Positions 1 to 10,192 of a DNA stretch of 64,000 nt are shown here, one piece after another (the stretch's first letter is position 1; each line of letters begins with the position of its first letter). This DNA is from Saprospiraceae bacterium (GTDB lineage: Bacteria > Bacteroidota > Bacteroidia > Chitinophagales > Saprospiraceae), in assembly GCA_016713025.1 (NCBI GenBank), contig JADJPZ010000003.1, positions 576,774 to 640,773 of the forward strand, written 5' to 3'. Made by a program: the position numbers and the translations under genes. The notes under the pieces are model-generated. The model made no database searches, had not been told where the DNA came from, and saw nothing but the letters and a program-made list of their open reading frames with translations.

Positions 1-260
1 AAGGTGGCTTAATGACTTCCAAGCAAGATATAATCGATGCTACAAAAAGAAATATTTGTGGCAAAGTAACCAGAGAACTTGTAAAAGGCAGTATTGAAGT
101 ATATCCGATAAAAGGTTTTGGAGCTATTGAAATAGGTTTGCACAAATTTTATAATAATCAAGAACCTGTTGGTACACCTTCAAAAGTTGGGCGATTTATG
201 GTTATTTGGCAAAATAAAAACAATGAATGGAATATAACAAGAGTTGTGAGTTTACATTAA
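1..260 (+). CDS. 3' part of a small NTF2-fold (SnoaL/DUF4440-like) protein; 5' end probably outside the window
   Basis: ORF 12..260; its frame stays open back to nt 3; tail GRFMVIWQNKNNEWNITRVVS resembles DUF4440/SnoaL C-termini (weak, from memory). Confidence 0.4.
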   Translation, partial: GGLMTSKQDIIDATKRNICGKVTRELVKGSIEVYPIKGFGAIEIGLHKFYNNQEPVGTPSKVGRFMVIWQNKNNEWNITRVVSLH

Positions 261-415
261 TTATTGAATAATTAAGCTAAAGTCGCAGTTGGTTTTAATT
301 CGCAGCTAATTTGATATGTATTTATGTGGAAAGGCAAACAAGGATTTAGAGATCACCACCAAATAATGCATGATATGATGGTGATAAGTAGTGAATAATT
401 AAGATCAGGCTTTTC

Positions 416-578
416 TAGTGCTCTGTCCAGATAAAAAGTTAAATTAAAATGGCCTTTATTTTTTCTAAGATCAAGGCAAAAAACGCAGCCATAGCAATAG
501 CTACTGCAAGTATTCTTAACGCAGATATTAGGAAAAAGAACAACATTTCATTAAGTTCTTTATCTGGACAGAGCACTA
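416..578. repeat. perfect 20-bp inverted repeat TAGTGCTCTGTCCAGATAAA (416..435 / 559..578) enclosing 123 bp
   Basis: read directly; right arm contains the last codons and the TAA stop (562..560) of the LytTR regulator gene. Confidence 0.9.
439..546 (-). CDS. possible 35-aa hydrophobic peptide (MLFFFLISALRILAVAIAMAAFFALILEKIKAILI) inside the IR-bounded segment
   Basis: ATG at 546..544, TAA at 441..439, one TM-like stretch; no other support. Confidence 0.2.
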   Translation of the reverse strand: MLFFFLISALRILAVAIAMAAFFALILEKIKAILI

Positions 579-1282
579 ATCCTAATAAATTCTTCAACAT
601 CAGTCTTATACTTTCTTCCAACAGGAATTTCAAAATGATCAAACTCAATTCCCGAAGAAGTCAAATTTTGAATTTTATTTTTGGATATGATAAATGATTT
701 ATGCACATGCAAAAAATCAACCTGCCCAAGCAGGTCCAACATGACATTCATGGTACTTCTTACTACGTGTCTTTCATTACCACAGTAGATCATCACATAA
801 TCTTTCAACCCTTGTAAATGAGTTATACTGATTTTGTTGATTAAGATCTTCTTGGTACCGGTCTTGATTAATATTCGAGAATCTGAGACACTTTCACTTT
901 CGATGACAGATTGTAGCGATTGCAATTTTAAAAAATCAACAGCTCTATTAACAGCAATTCTAAAACGCTCTTTCCTTATAGGTTTTACCAAATAATCTAT
1001 CACTCCAAGCTCAAATCCATCCAAAGTATAGTTTAAATAGGCCGTGGTAAAAATTGTGATTGGTTTTTTTTGGATGCTTTGCAAAAAGTTTATACCATTC
1101 TCTTCTGGCATTTCTATATCCAAAAACAAAATATCTACTTTATTTGATGCAATATATTCCCTGCATTCTTGTGCAGAATAACAATGTTTGACTAATTCCA
1201 AATTTTCATACGATCCGATATGAGATTTTAATACCGAATGAGCTAAGGGTTCATCATCAGTTATGACACATGTATACTTCAT
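560..1282 (-). CDS. LytTR-family two-component response regulator
   Basis: N-terminal receiver (ITDDEPLA, phospho-Asp context ILFLDIEMP) plus C-terminal LytTR-type DNA-binding half; 4-nt overlap with upstream kinase gene. Confidence 0.9.
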   Translation of the reverse strand: MKYTCVITDDEPLAHSVLKSHIGSYENLELVKHCYSAQECREYIASNKVDILFLDIEMPEENGINFLQSIQKKPITIFTTAYLNYTLDGFELGVIDYLVKPIRKERFRIAVNRAVDFLKLQSLQSVIESESVSDSRILIKTGTKKILINKISITHLQGLKDYVMIYCGNERHVVRSTMNVMLDLLGQVDFLHVHKSFIISKNKIQNLTSSGIEFDHFEIPVGRKYKTDVEEFIRISALSR

Positions 1283-2307
1283 GCCAGATTAATTTGAAGA
1301 TTCACTAAAAAGGAATCGCTTTTTCTTTCTATTACTAGTTCATGACGATTGGCATAAAGTAAATTAAGTCTTTTTTTTACATTGTCTATGCCTATGCCAT
1401 GCGATTGTATGGCAATAGTATTATTTACTGGTGGAAGGTTATTTTCAATAGACAAATTAAGTAATTGTTCTTTTGTACTAATTTGAAGATGAATAAATCC
1501 GTTTTTTGATACAGTGTTCAGGCCGTGCTTAAAAGCGTTTTCAACAAAAGGAAGCAATAGCAAAGGAGTAATTTGCAAACTGTCATTCGTATTAGATTTA
1601 GTAAATGTAACATTAGCTTCAGGGGTTCGCAATTTCTCTAATTCGATATAATTTTCAAGGAGTTGCAGCTCTTTTTTCAGTAAAACTTTATCCTGATTAC
1701 CTTCTCCTATTGTGTATTTTAATATATCTGCCAATTTCAACACACATTCTGCGCTTTTATCTGATTTCTCGATGATAAGGCCATATAAATTATTAAGTGT
1801 ATTGAACAGAAAATGTGGATTAACCTGTGCCTTTAGGAAATTTAGCTCTGTCATGGCTTTTTCCAGTTCAATTCTTTTCAATTCTTCTTTTTGTTCAAAA
1901 TAATCTACTGTAATTTGAAGCATAAAAGCTGTTAATACATATCTTATTGCCATTGTAAATTGTCTTATAAAATATAAAGTGCCTAGTGTGCTAATCTCTC
2001 TTCCTTTAATTTCTAATACAAACAACTCCAACTTTGCATTCACATATGCGGCTAAAATGGTAATCAAAATCAAACAAAAAGTATAGATAAAATATCGTTT
2101 CGCACCAAATAAAGTAGGATATAAGTACAGAAGGTTGAAGTAAACTAAGATCATCATCACAGCGGTCTTAGAAAAAAGATAAAATATGAAGTATATCTTA
2201 TCCACATGATACAGCTCACTCTGATCAAAACAAAGTGAAATCATTAAAATCATCCATAGAATGATGTGGAAAAAATACTTCCTTGTAAAATCAAATCTGA
2301 TTGCCAT
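1279..2307 (-). CDS. LytS-type (His_kinase PF06580-like) membrane sensor histidine kinase
   Basis: multi-TM N-terminus, H-box LKAQVNPHFLFNTLNN, N-box ENAFKHG, G-box HGIGIDNV. Confidence 0.9.
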   Translation of the reverse strand: MAIRFDFTRKYFFHIILWMILMISLCFDQSELYHVDKIYFIFYLFSKTAVMMILVYFNLLYLYPTLFGAKRYFIYTFCLILITILAAYVNAKLELFVLEIKGREISTLGTLYFIRQFTMAIRYVLTAFMLQITVDYFEQKEELKRIELEKAMTELNFLKAQVNPHFLFNTLNNLYGLIIEKSDKSAECVLKLADILKYTIGEGNQDKVLLKKELQLLENYIELEKLRTPEANVTFTKSNTNDSLQITPLLLLPFVENAFKHGLNTVSKNGFIHLQISTKEQLLNLSIENNLPPVNNTIAIQSHGIGIDNVKKRLNLLYANRHELVIERKSDSFLVNLQINLA

Positions 2308-2500
2308 AGCTCAAAAGTAAGCCAATAATTATAAACAATTTGGTTATTCGTCTCAATTATTTGCAGTTTGTCGCATAAACAGATTTAAATGCAACTTTGC
2401 ATCCTTTTTGGGCGTCATTAATGGAGAACGAAATATATTATTGATACTTCAAACAGTAATTTTATGTTCCTTCTTTTTAAAAAATATAAATAAATGTACT

Positions 2501-3967
2501 ATGCTTAATTTAAAATTTAAAACCCTATTGCTAAGCTTATATTGTATATCGGCTTTTACTGCTAACGCACAAATATCTACAAAAGAACTTCAAACTTTTC
2601 TTGAAAGCGAAATAGTCAACAAAAGAACTAAAGGAATTGTTGTCGGTATTATTGATGCAAATGGAGGAAAACAAATTATTAGCGCTGGAAAACTAAGCGA
2701 CAATAACTCAAAAAAACCTGACGGAAACACACTGTTTGAAATTGCTTCGGTAACTAAGCTCTTTACTACTTTAGCACTAGCAGATTATGCCAACAAAAAC
2801 GAAGTCAGTTTGAAAGATGGTATCTCTAATTATTTGCCAAAAAAAGTTAAAACTCCCGTTTTCGATAATCAAGAAATTACTTTATTGCATTTGGCAAGTC
2901 ATACTTCTGGCCTTCCAAGATTTCCTTTTAATCAATTTCCGAACAATCCAGTAGATAACTATTCTGTCGAAGATTTATATTATTACTTATCGGAGTTTAA
3001 ACCAAACAAAGCGTTTGGGACAGCTTTTAAATACTCAAATACTGGAATGGGATTAATTGGTCATATTCTTTCTTTACAAGCCAAACAGCCTTTTGATGCT
3101 ATTGTTAATGAAACAATTTGTAAAAAGTTAAAACTTAACAATACTACTTTTTCTCCTACTAATCAACAAAAACTAAATATAGCCAGCGGACATTTACCTT
3201 ATGGACAAAAAACAGCACACTATCATGAAAGCGAAGGCATGAAAGGTGCAGGTGGATTATACTCTTCGGTAAATGATTTACTAAAATTTGCAGCCTTGGG
3301 CCTAGATCTTGAACAGAATGAATTATCATCAGCCATGCAATTGACTCAAACTAAAGTGGGTAATTTGGGCTATGAAATGGGTTATGATGCCGAAATACTT
3401 TATGACTATGGTATGGGGTGGAATATTTGGACTAAAAATGGCAGAACCATTCATTGGAAAGATGGTACTAGCTTTGGATTTCGGTCATTTATATGTTTAG
3501 ACAGAGAAAAGAAAAAAGGTGTAGTGATTTTATCTAACAGCTTCAATCCTATTAACGATATTGGTTTGCATTTAATTGATGCCACATATCAATTAAAGCC
3601 ATATAAATACCAATGGGGTTTGATTGATTCATTAAAAAAAACTTATACCAAGGCTGGTATTGATCGGACAATTGATAAGTATCTGGACTTAAAAAAAAGT
3701 GCAAATAAAGAAATTATCTTTCATGAAGAAGTCTTATACTATCTCGCAAAAGAATTATCGCTAATGAAAAAAAATGACCACGCTATAAAGCTGCATCAAT
3801 TAAATATTGATGAATACCCAAAATCTTCTATGCCCTTAGAAAGTATGGGTAATTTATATTTTGAAATGGGAAATAAAACAAAAGCCTTAGAATATTATAC
3901 TAAAGCACTTGTTATAGAGCCAAAAAATCTGCATTTTCAATGGGTTATTGATCAATTGAAAAAATAA
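2501..3967 (+). CDS. beta-lactamase-fold serine hydrolase (class C-like) with C-terminal TPR-like tail
   Basis: signal peptide from Met 2501 (ORF track start 2408 looks too early), SxxK = ASVTK, YxN = YSNTG, tail LYFEMGNKTKALEYYTKALVIEP. Confidence 0.85.
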   Translation: MLNLKFKTLLLSLYCISAFTANAQISTKELQTFLESEIVNKRTKGIVVGIIDANGGKQIISAGKLSDNNSKKPDGNTLFEIASVTKLFTTLALADYANKNEVSLKDGISNYLPKKVKTPVFDNQEITLLHLASHTSGLPRFPFNQFPNNPVDNYSVEDLYYYLSEFKPNKAFGTAFKYSNTGMGLIGHILSLQAKQPFDAIVNETICKKLKLNNTTFSPTNQQKLNIASGHLPYGQKTAHYHESEGMKGAGGLYSSVNDLLKFAALGLDLEQNELSSAMQLTQTKVGNLGYEMGYDAEILYDYGMGWNIWTKNGRTIHWKDGTSFGFRSFICLDREKKKGVVILSNSFNPINDIGLHLIDATYQLKPYKYQWGLIDSLKKTYTKAGIDRTIDKYLDLKKSANKEIIFHEEVLYYLAKELSLMKKNDHAIKLHQLNIDEYPKSSMPLESMGNLYFEMGNKTKALEYYTKALVIEPKNLHFQWVIDQLKK

Positions 3968-3974
3968 GAAAACG

Positions 3975-5087
3975 ATGAAAATAGTATTAAATAACAAGAC
4001 AATTAAGGGAATTGCCGTTGGGGGAATGAAAGTATTATCTTTTATTTTATTGACCTTTTCATGCTTTGCTCAGATTAAAAATATCACAACTATAAAAGGC
4101 AATAAGATACTTGTAAAGGACTTAGACAAATTTATCATTTCGCAATTGGATAGCTTGAAGGTTCCAGCCATTTCATTGGCAATAATTAATAAAGGTAGAC
4201 TTGTACATTACAAAAACTATGGTGTAAAAAATCTTGACACCAAAGAAGCTGTAAATCAGAAAACGATTTTTGAGCTTTGCTCCGTTTCCAAACCCGTATT
4301 TGCTTATTTTGCATTAAAGCAAGCAGAGAAAGGAATTTTGGACTTAGACAAACCCCTTTATGAGTATTATATTGATCCGAAAATTGACACTGCACATGGA
4401 TTTTACAAACTCATCACAGCCAGAATGGTCTTAAATCACTGCTCAGGTTTTCCAAATTGGCGGGAAAATGAAGACTTTAAGAACACTTTATTTTTCAAAA
4501 ATAAACCAGGAATGACATATGGCTATTCTGGTGAAGGTTATCAATATTTAGCAAGGGTTTTAGGAAAAATTCTAAATAAATCAGACGTAGAACTGAATGA
4601 TTACTTTCAAGAAGAAGTTGTAAAACCATTAAAAGTGAAAAGCATGAATTTTACTTGGGATAATAAACTACGACCCTTTAAAGCTTATTCGCATAGGAAA
4701 GGGAAACCTACGGATAATGGGTCGCAAGGGCCACCTGATTGGTTTGGTTCAGCAGGTAGCCTACATTCTAATGCGGGAGACTACGCTTTGTTCCTTCTTT
4801 CTCTCATGAATAAAAACACACCAATTAATCATCAACTTATAAAATTAAATACAGATCTTCCAAAAGAACCTGACGGACTATTTCGCAGTTTTGGCTTTCC
4901 TTATAAAATGGCAGATGGTAAAGTACGCTACTATCATTCGGGCAATAACAGTGACGCTCAATCTTACTGTCATTTTTATAAAGAAGAGAAAATGGGATTA
5001 GTCATGTTTGTCAATAGTGACAATTTCTTTAAGTCAGGACTTGCTCAGAAGGTGTTGGTATTTTTGGAAGAAGAGTTTACGTATTAA
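3975..5087 (+). CDS. beta-lactamase-fold serine hydrolase
   Basis: signal/TM N-terminus, SxxK = CSVSKP, GYSGEGYQYL block; 7 nt after previous gene. Confidence 0.8.
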   Translation: MKIVLNNKTIKGIAVGGMKVLSFILLTFSCFAQIKNITTIKGNKILVKDLDKFIISQLDSLKVPAISLAIINKGRLVHYKNYGVKNLDTKEAVNQKTIFELCSVSKPVFAYFALKQAEKGILDLDKPLYEYYIDPKIDTAHGFYKLITARMVLNHCSGFPNWRENEDFKNTLFFKNKPGMTYGYSGEGYQYLARVLGKILNKSDVELNDYFQEEVVKPLKVKSMNFTWDNKLRPFKAYSHRKGKPTDNGSQGPPDWFGSAGSLHSNAGDYALFLLSLMNKNTPINHQLIKLNTDLPKEPDGLFRSFGFPYKMADGKVRYYHSGNNSDAQSYCHFYKEEKMGLVMFVNSDNFFKSGLAQKVLVFLEEEFTY

Positions 5088-5177
5088 ACCCACATTTTGT
5101 AACCCAAACTCATTCATCAACGTATTTAAATAAGAGAATTAAAAAAGGTTTTAACAAAAATAAAATAGTCTGTAAAA

Positions 5178-6116
5178 ATGGAAATTAAAGTAATTAGAAC
5201 AATGACAAATACTAGGATTACTAAATGTATTCTGTTTGAAAAAAAACTATGGATCGCCTGTACGATGATCTTATATATAACCAACTTAATTTTTGCAAAC
5301 AATCCAAAAATCATTTCTAAAAATGTGAAATTTACAAGTGAAGGAGTCACGTTGTCAGGTACGATTATAAAACCTAAAAATCCAGTGGCAGCACTTGTTA
5401 TAGTTCATGGGTCTGGACAAGAAAAAAGAATGATGGAATTTGCGACGAATTTGTCTCACAATGGTTTTGCTGTACTAACCTATGATAAACGAGGAGTTGG
5501 CGAATCCGGTGGCGTATATGCTGGCCCTGAAGTAGGCACAAATAATGTTGATTCAACAAATCTCAATCTCTTGGCTTTGGATGCGAGTGCAGCCACAAAC
5601 ACATTGATGGCTGATATTGCTACCAAGCATATAAAAATGGGACTTATCGGTTGTAGTCAGGCAGGTTGGGTCATACCTCTGACAGCTCAAAAAAATGAAA
5701 ATGTCAATTTTATGGTTATATTCAGTGGTCCACTTATCACGGTCAAAGAACAATTGAGATTTCAATTTTACACAAACAATGACGACAATTTCTGGGAGAC
5801 ACATACAGAAGATGATGCAAGATTTCATATAGCCAATGATGAGGATAGATATCAATTCATTGATGTTGACCCTCGTGTTGCACTTTCTACATTGGCCATA
5901 CCATGCTTATGGATTTATGGACAAAAAGATATTCAAGTTCCTGTGAACCTATCTATTGAGCGCCTTGAAATTCTAAAATTAAAGAACAACCGATACCATC
6001 ATCAGTTATATCCTGATCTAGGCCATAATACTGCTTTCACCGATTCTACGGAGCCAGTTGAAAATGCCGTTAAATGGATAAGATCCATGATATCATCAAT
6101 GCAAAACAAAAAATGA
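5178..6116 (+). CDS. alpha/beta hydrolase
   Basis: VHGSGQE oxyanion-type block, nucleophile elbow GCSQAGW, C-terminal DLGHN; start codon choice uncertain. Confidence 0.75.
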   Translation: MEIKVIRTMTNTRITKCILFEKKLWIACTMILYITNLIFANNPKIISKNVKFTSEGVTLSGTIIKPKNPVAALVIVHGSGQEKRMMEFATNLSHNGFAVLTYDKRGVGESGGVYAGPEVGTNNVDSTNLNLLALDASAATNTLMADIATKHIKMGLIGCSQAGWVIPLTAQKNENVNFMVIFSGPLITVKEQLRFQFYTNNDDNFWETHTEDDARFHIANDEDRYQFIDVDPRVALSTLAIPCLWIYGQKDIQVPVNLSIERLEILKLKNNRYHHQLYPDLGHNTAFTDSTEPVENAVKWIRSMISSMQNKK

Positions 6117-6258
6117 TTATTTTATTTCATAAGTAGTTTTAGCCCATCTTTATTTACATGTTTTCTTCTTAAAACTAAAACTCTTTGATTCACAACCCAT
6201 AATTACAGAAATCAAAGAAACTAGGTAAATTTTACAAAACTGATCCATTGGTTATACA

Positions 6259-6831
6259 TCATTTAATTTTAAATCCAGCACCTAATTCCAGGCTTGCATT
6301 CTCTATAAATACCCATTTGCCATCAAATAAAGGAGCATATATTCTGCTTGAAAAGTAAGTATCTCTACGCCCGATCTTTAGATTATACATAAGCCCTTTA
6401 TCAAAGGAAAATGTGTTGAATTTAGTCTTAACATTATCTTCTAAAGCCGGATTTACTATTTTGGCTGAATATGAAAAATATTTACCTCCACCCATAATAA
6501 ATAGCGTATGTGAGCAATGTTTGGAATATATCGATGTTCCAATGCCAAACTTTTGGAAAGTTGTGACGCTATATTTTACATCTATATTTCTAAAAGCTTT
6601 AAAACTATTGATATCAAATGAAAATGCCGTGTGGGAAGCAAAAGAAAATCTATTGTTGATCTGGTATTGCACCAGCCCTGCCACTTGTATATCTACCAAA
6701 CCAAAAGCGGAGCTTACTCTGAGACCAATTGTGGGCTCTATGGATAATTTTCTTTTTGGATATTTTTCTTCCTGCCCATAAGAAAACATAATAAAGACAA
6801 ACATAAAAAGTAAAGTTATTGGTAGTTTCAT
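6259..6831 (-). CDS. hypothetical secreted / outer-membrane beta-barrel-like protein
   Basis: signal peptide MKLPITLLFMFVFIMFSYGQ, alternating beta-strand-like pattern, C-terminal aromatic-rich end. Confidence 0.6.
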   Translation of the reverse strand: MKLPITLLFMFVFIMFSYGQEEKYPKRKLSIEPTIGLRVSSAFGLVDIQVAGLVQYQINNRFSFASHTAFSFDINSFKAFRNIDVKYSVTTFQKFGIGTSIYSKHCSHTLFIMGGGKYFSYSAKIVNPALEDNVKTKFNTFSFDKGLMYNLKIGRRDTYFSSRIYAPLFDGKWVFIENASLELGAGFKIK

Positions 6832-6833
6832 GG

Positions 6834-7670
6834 CTATAAATTTTTAAAGTAGTATTCCAAAGCTTTCTTTATGTTTTCATCTTTGCTACCGTTATGACCT
6901 TTGCCGGGGATTATACACAATTCAGTTTTTGTGTCAGGATAATATTTCTTGATGCGATTGTATAAAAGTTCTATTGGGGGCACCATATTGGGTTCTGTAC
7001 CACCAACTCCAAAATAGACCCATTGCTTTTGAGATTTGATTTTAGCTCTTGTTTCCTGTTCATATTGCAAAATAATTTCATTGTCATAAATCAAACTAGG
7101 GCTGAGTAAAAAATATTTTCCAAAAGCTTCATTGTGTTTTACGAAGGCAAAAGCTCCACAGAGTCCACCTAATGAGTGACCAATCAATATGCGTTGCGTT
7201 CTATCCGGCAATACACGATACTCCATTTAAACTTTTGCGATGAGCTCTTTTTTTATAAAATTCATGAATTTTTCACCTCCACCTTCGCCGGAAAATCCGG
7301 AAGTAGAATATTTGGTCGGAGTATAATCAATTTCGCGATAGTCTCCATGGCGAATACCTATTACAACTACATCTTGCTTTTTATAAAGTCGACTCAATTC
7401 TTTACATTTTTTTGATATATAGAAGAAATTTGAATTACCTTCTGCACTTTTATCATCAGGATCAAGAACGTATACTGTGGGATATTTTTCTGCACTTTTG
7501 TTGTATTCTTCTGGCAGCTGTACCCATATTCTGTATGTTTTACTTTTCTCTTGGGAATCAATAAAAAATTCATGTGTAAGGCTGGAATCTAAATCACTCA
7601 ACACTTCTTGTGCACAAGAGATTAGCGTCAAGATAACAATCAAATTTGTAACACTTTTTTTTAGCATCAT
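6834..7670 (-). pseudogene. putative esterase (PF00756-like alpha/beta hydrolase) interrupted by one in-frame TAA
   Basis: lipoprotein-like start MMLKKSVTNLIVILTLISC at 7670; N-half ends ...KELIAKV, TAA at 7229..7227, next codon ATG continues MEYRVLPDRTQRILIGHSLGG (catalytic Ser) in the same frame. Confidence 0.7.
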
Positions 7671-7878
7671 TTTGCTCAATATTTTAGTAAGATTGCAAAG
7701 ATAAGGTGAGAGCAACATAAATCTGTGTCTGAAAGATAGACGCAAGGAATCACATGACCAAAAGACTATTTTATCAATAATCATTATTTGGTAGGTCAAT
7801 AATACCTATTGGTCAAGTAAAAATTCAATTTTGGCAACACCATTATGTTAATATAAAATAGTAATTTAAATTTATACC

Positions 7879-8946
7879 ATGAATCCATTTATAGATTATT
7901 TTATTAGTTTTCATCATAGACACAGAGCCGCAACTCATGTGGTATTCTGGACATTGTTGTATGGTCTAGGTCTTTTTACTGATACTTCACATCTTCAGCA
8001 ATTAAGTACTGATCAAAATATTGTTTTGTATTTGATGATGATGATTTCTAAAATTCCTATTGCCTACTTTGTTGTCTATTTTGTCATTCCGTTATACTTA
8101 GATAGAAAAAAATATTTATCGGCACTTTGTCTTTTCCTTATATTCTACTACCTCAATTTTTGCTTATCAACTCTATTTAAAATAAACATTTATCCGTTAT
8201 TCCAAATGTATGTTATTAAGGATTTTGAAGAGTTTAGCCCTAGTCATTATATTAAAGACTACTTTATTTCAAACTTGGGAGCCACCGCATTATTAGTTCT
8301 AATAAAATTGTTTTTGAATAAAAGTGAAGTACAACAAAAAGCACTTCTGCTGGATAAACAAAAATCAGAAATTGAACTTAAGTTATTAAAATCTCAACTA
8401 AATCCACATTTTTTATTCAACACTCTTAACAATATCTATACTTTATCAATATTAAACTCACCGAAAACTTCTGAGTCCATTGCTAGATTGTCAGATATTC
8501 TGGATTATATGTTGTACAGGTGCAATTTAGTGGAAGTACTTCTAAAAAACGAAATCAAGCTTATTCAAAACTATATAGAATTAGAGAAAATTCGGTATGA
8601 CGACAGACTAAAAATTACATTCATTGAGCATATTCAGTATGATGTTCAGATTGCCCCTTTGATATTATTGACATTGGTAGAAAACGCATTTAAGCATGGA
8701 GCTAGCGAAGATGCTGGTAGTCCTCAGATTAATATCGATCTGAAAGCCACAGAGAAAGTCATTGAATTTAAAATCCAAAATTCAATAACGCCACCTACAC
8801 CTGATGAAAAAGTATCCTTAGGGATTGGCCTGTATAATCTGCAAAAGCAATTGGAGTTGATTTATAGCAACGGGTACAAATTAGAAGTTTCTAATGATAA
8901 AAAACATTTTAGTGTGTTATTAATAATAAATATCAATTCTAAATAA
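7879..8946 (+). CDS. LytS-type membrane sensor histidine kinase
   Basis: multi-TM N-terminus, LKSQLNPHFLFNTLNN, VENAFKHG, GIGLYNL. Confidence 0.9.
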   Translation: MNPFIDYFISFHHRHRAATHVVFWTLLYGLGLFTDTSHLQQLSTDQNIVLYLMMMISKIPIAYFVVYFVIPLYLDRKKYLSALCLFLIFYYLNFCLSTLFKINIYPLFQMYVIKDFEEFSPSHYIKDYFISNLGATALLVLIKLFLNKSEVQQKALLLDKQKSEIELKLLKSQLNPHFLFNTLNNIYTLSILNSPKTSESIARLSDILDYMLYRCNLVEVLLKNEIKLIQNYIELEKIRYDDRLKITFIEHIQYDVQIAPLILLTLVENAFKHGASEDAGSPQINIDLKATEKVIEFKIQNSITPPTPDEKVSLGIGLYNLQKQLELIYSNGYKLEVSNDKKHFSVLLIININSK

Positions 8947-8956
8947 AAAGTGAAAA

Positions 8957-9664
8957 ATGAAGATTCATTGCATGATCATTGATGACGAACCACTTGCTGT
9001 TCAATTATTAGAAAATCACCTTGCCCATTTAGAAAATTTCGAAGTTGTTGCTACAGCTAATAATGCCATCAAAGCAATTGAAATATTGAGATCAAAGCAG
9101 ATTGATTTGCTTTTTTGTGATATAAAAATGCCCAAACTATCTGGTATTGACTTACTAAAGACACTCAAGAATCCTCCTAAAACCATCATTACTACTGCAC
9201 ATAGGGAATTTGCTTTGGAAGGATTTGAATTGGAAGTTTTAGATTATATACTCAAACCTATCACTCTTGAAAGGTTTTTGAAATCTATCGAAAAGTTTTT
9301 AAGAAGTAAAGAACATTTACCTATGCAGCACATTGATAAGAAAGATGACAAGGTTATAATAGTAAAATCCAATAATGTATTTTATAAAATCAACATAAAT
9401 TCTATCTTTTATATTGAGAGCCAAAAAGACTACTGTAAATTGTTTCTCGAAGAAAAAGAAATTATTTGTAGGTATAAAATAAGCGAATTTGAAAAAGAAT
9501 TGGCTGAATATGGATTTTTGCAGATCCACCGCTCATTTTTAATCAATACAAAACACCTTCATTCTTATACTGTTTCTAATGTTACTGTTGGAACGCATAC
9601 TGTTCCAATTGGCCAAAATTTTAAGGAGTTAAGTTTGAGATATTTTGATAGTAAAAATAACTAA
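8957..9664 (+). CDS. LytTR-family response regulator
   Basis: receiver IIDDEPLA...LLFCDIKMP plus LytTR C-terminal half (IHRSFLIN). Confidence 0.9.
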   Translation: MKIHCMIIDDEPLAVQLLENHLAHLENFEVVATANNAIKAIEILRSKQIDLLFCDIKMPKLSGIDLLKTLKNPPKTIITTAHREFALEGFELEVLDYILKPITLERFLKSIEKFLRSKEHLPMQHIDKKDDKVIIVKSNNVFYKININSIFYIESQKDYCKLFLEEKEIICRYKISEFEKELAEYGFLQIHRSFLINTKHLHSYTVSNVTVGTHTVPIGQNFKELSLRYFDSKNN

Positions 9665-9849
9665 AATGAGATTTGTAGTAGTGCCTTTGGTCGATAGCGA
9701 CAATTATTTTTCGTCCAGGATTTCTAAAAAAATGTTAGCTTCTTTTGATACAACGTTTGTTTGCTAATTTAATCAGTATTTTGGAATACCAAAAGGGATT
9801 TCGATTTAATAAATATTTTATTTCGGTAAGTAAATAAAAATAATGCTTT

Positions 9850-9935
9850 CTCCTTTCACCGATACTAAAGAGCCGGTTGAAAATGCCCTTAAATGGATAG
9901 GATCCATGATATCATCAATGCAAAACAAAAATTAG
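9850..9935 (+). pseudogene. displaced, diverged copy of the last ~28 codons of the alpha/beta hydrolase gene 5178..6116
   Basis: 86 nt align without gaps to 6031..6116 with about 10 mismatches (by eye), including the stop position; residual 31-codon ORF 9843..9935. Confidence 0.85.
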
Positions 9936-10133
9936 TTTGTTAAAAAATAACACGTTATTCAGTTTAGTATAGTCTTATTTTGAAAAGCTATCCTTAACAA
10001 ATAAGCTTATCATCCCATTACCAAATAAGTTGATCAATCACTCCAGGCAATTCGATTTTCAAGCTATTTTTATGATTAATTCGAAGGTAGAACTACTCAA
10101 TAAGTATTATTTAACATAAAATTAACATATATA

Positions 10134-10176
10134 CTAATGAATTAGTAGTTATCCTAATAAATTAGTAGTACCTTTG
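10134..10176 (+). promoter_or_regulatory. candidate BlaI-type operator pair plus -7 box
   Basis: two CTAAT-N2-ATTAG palindromes (10134..10145, 10154..10165) spaced 20 bp, followed by TAccTTTG (10169..10176), 17 nt before ATG 10193. Confidence 0.4.
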
Positions 10177-10192
10177 CTTGAAATATTTTGAG

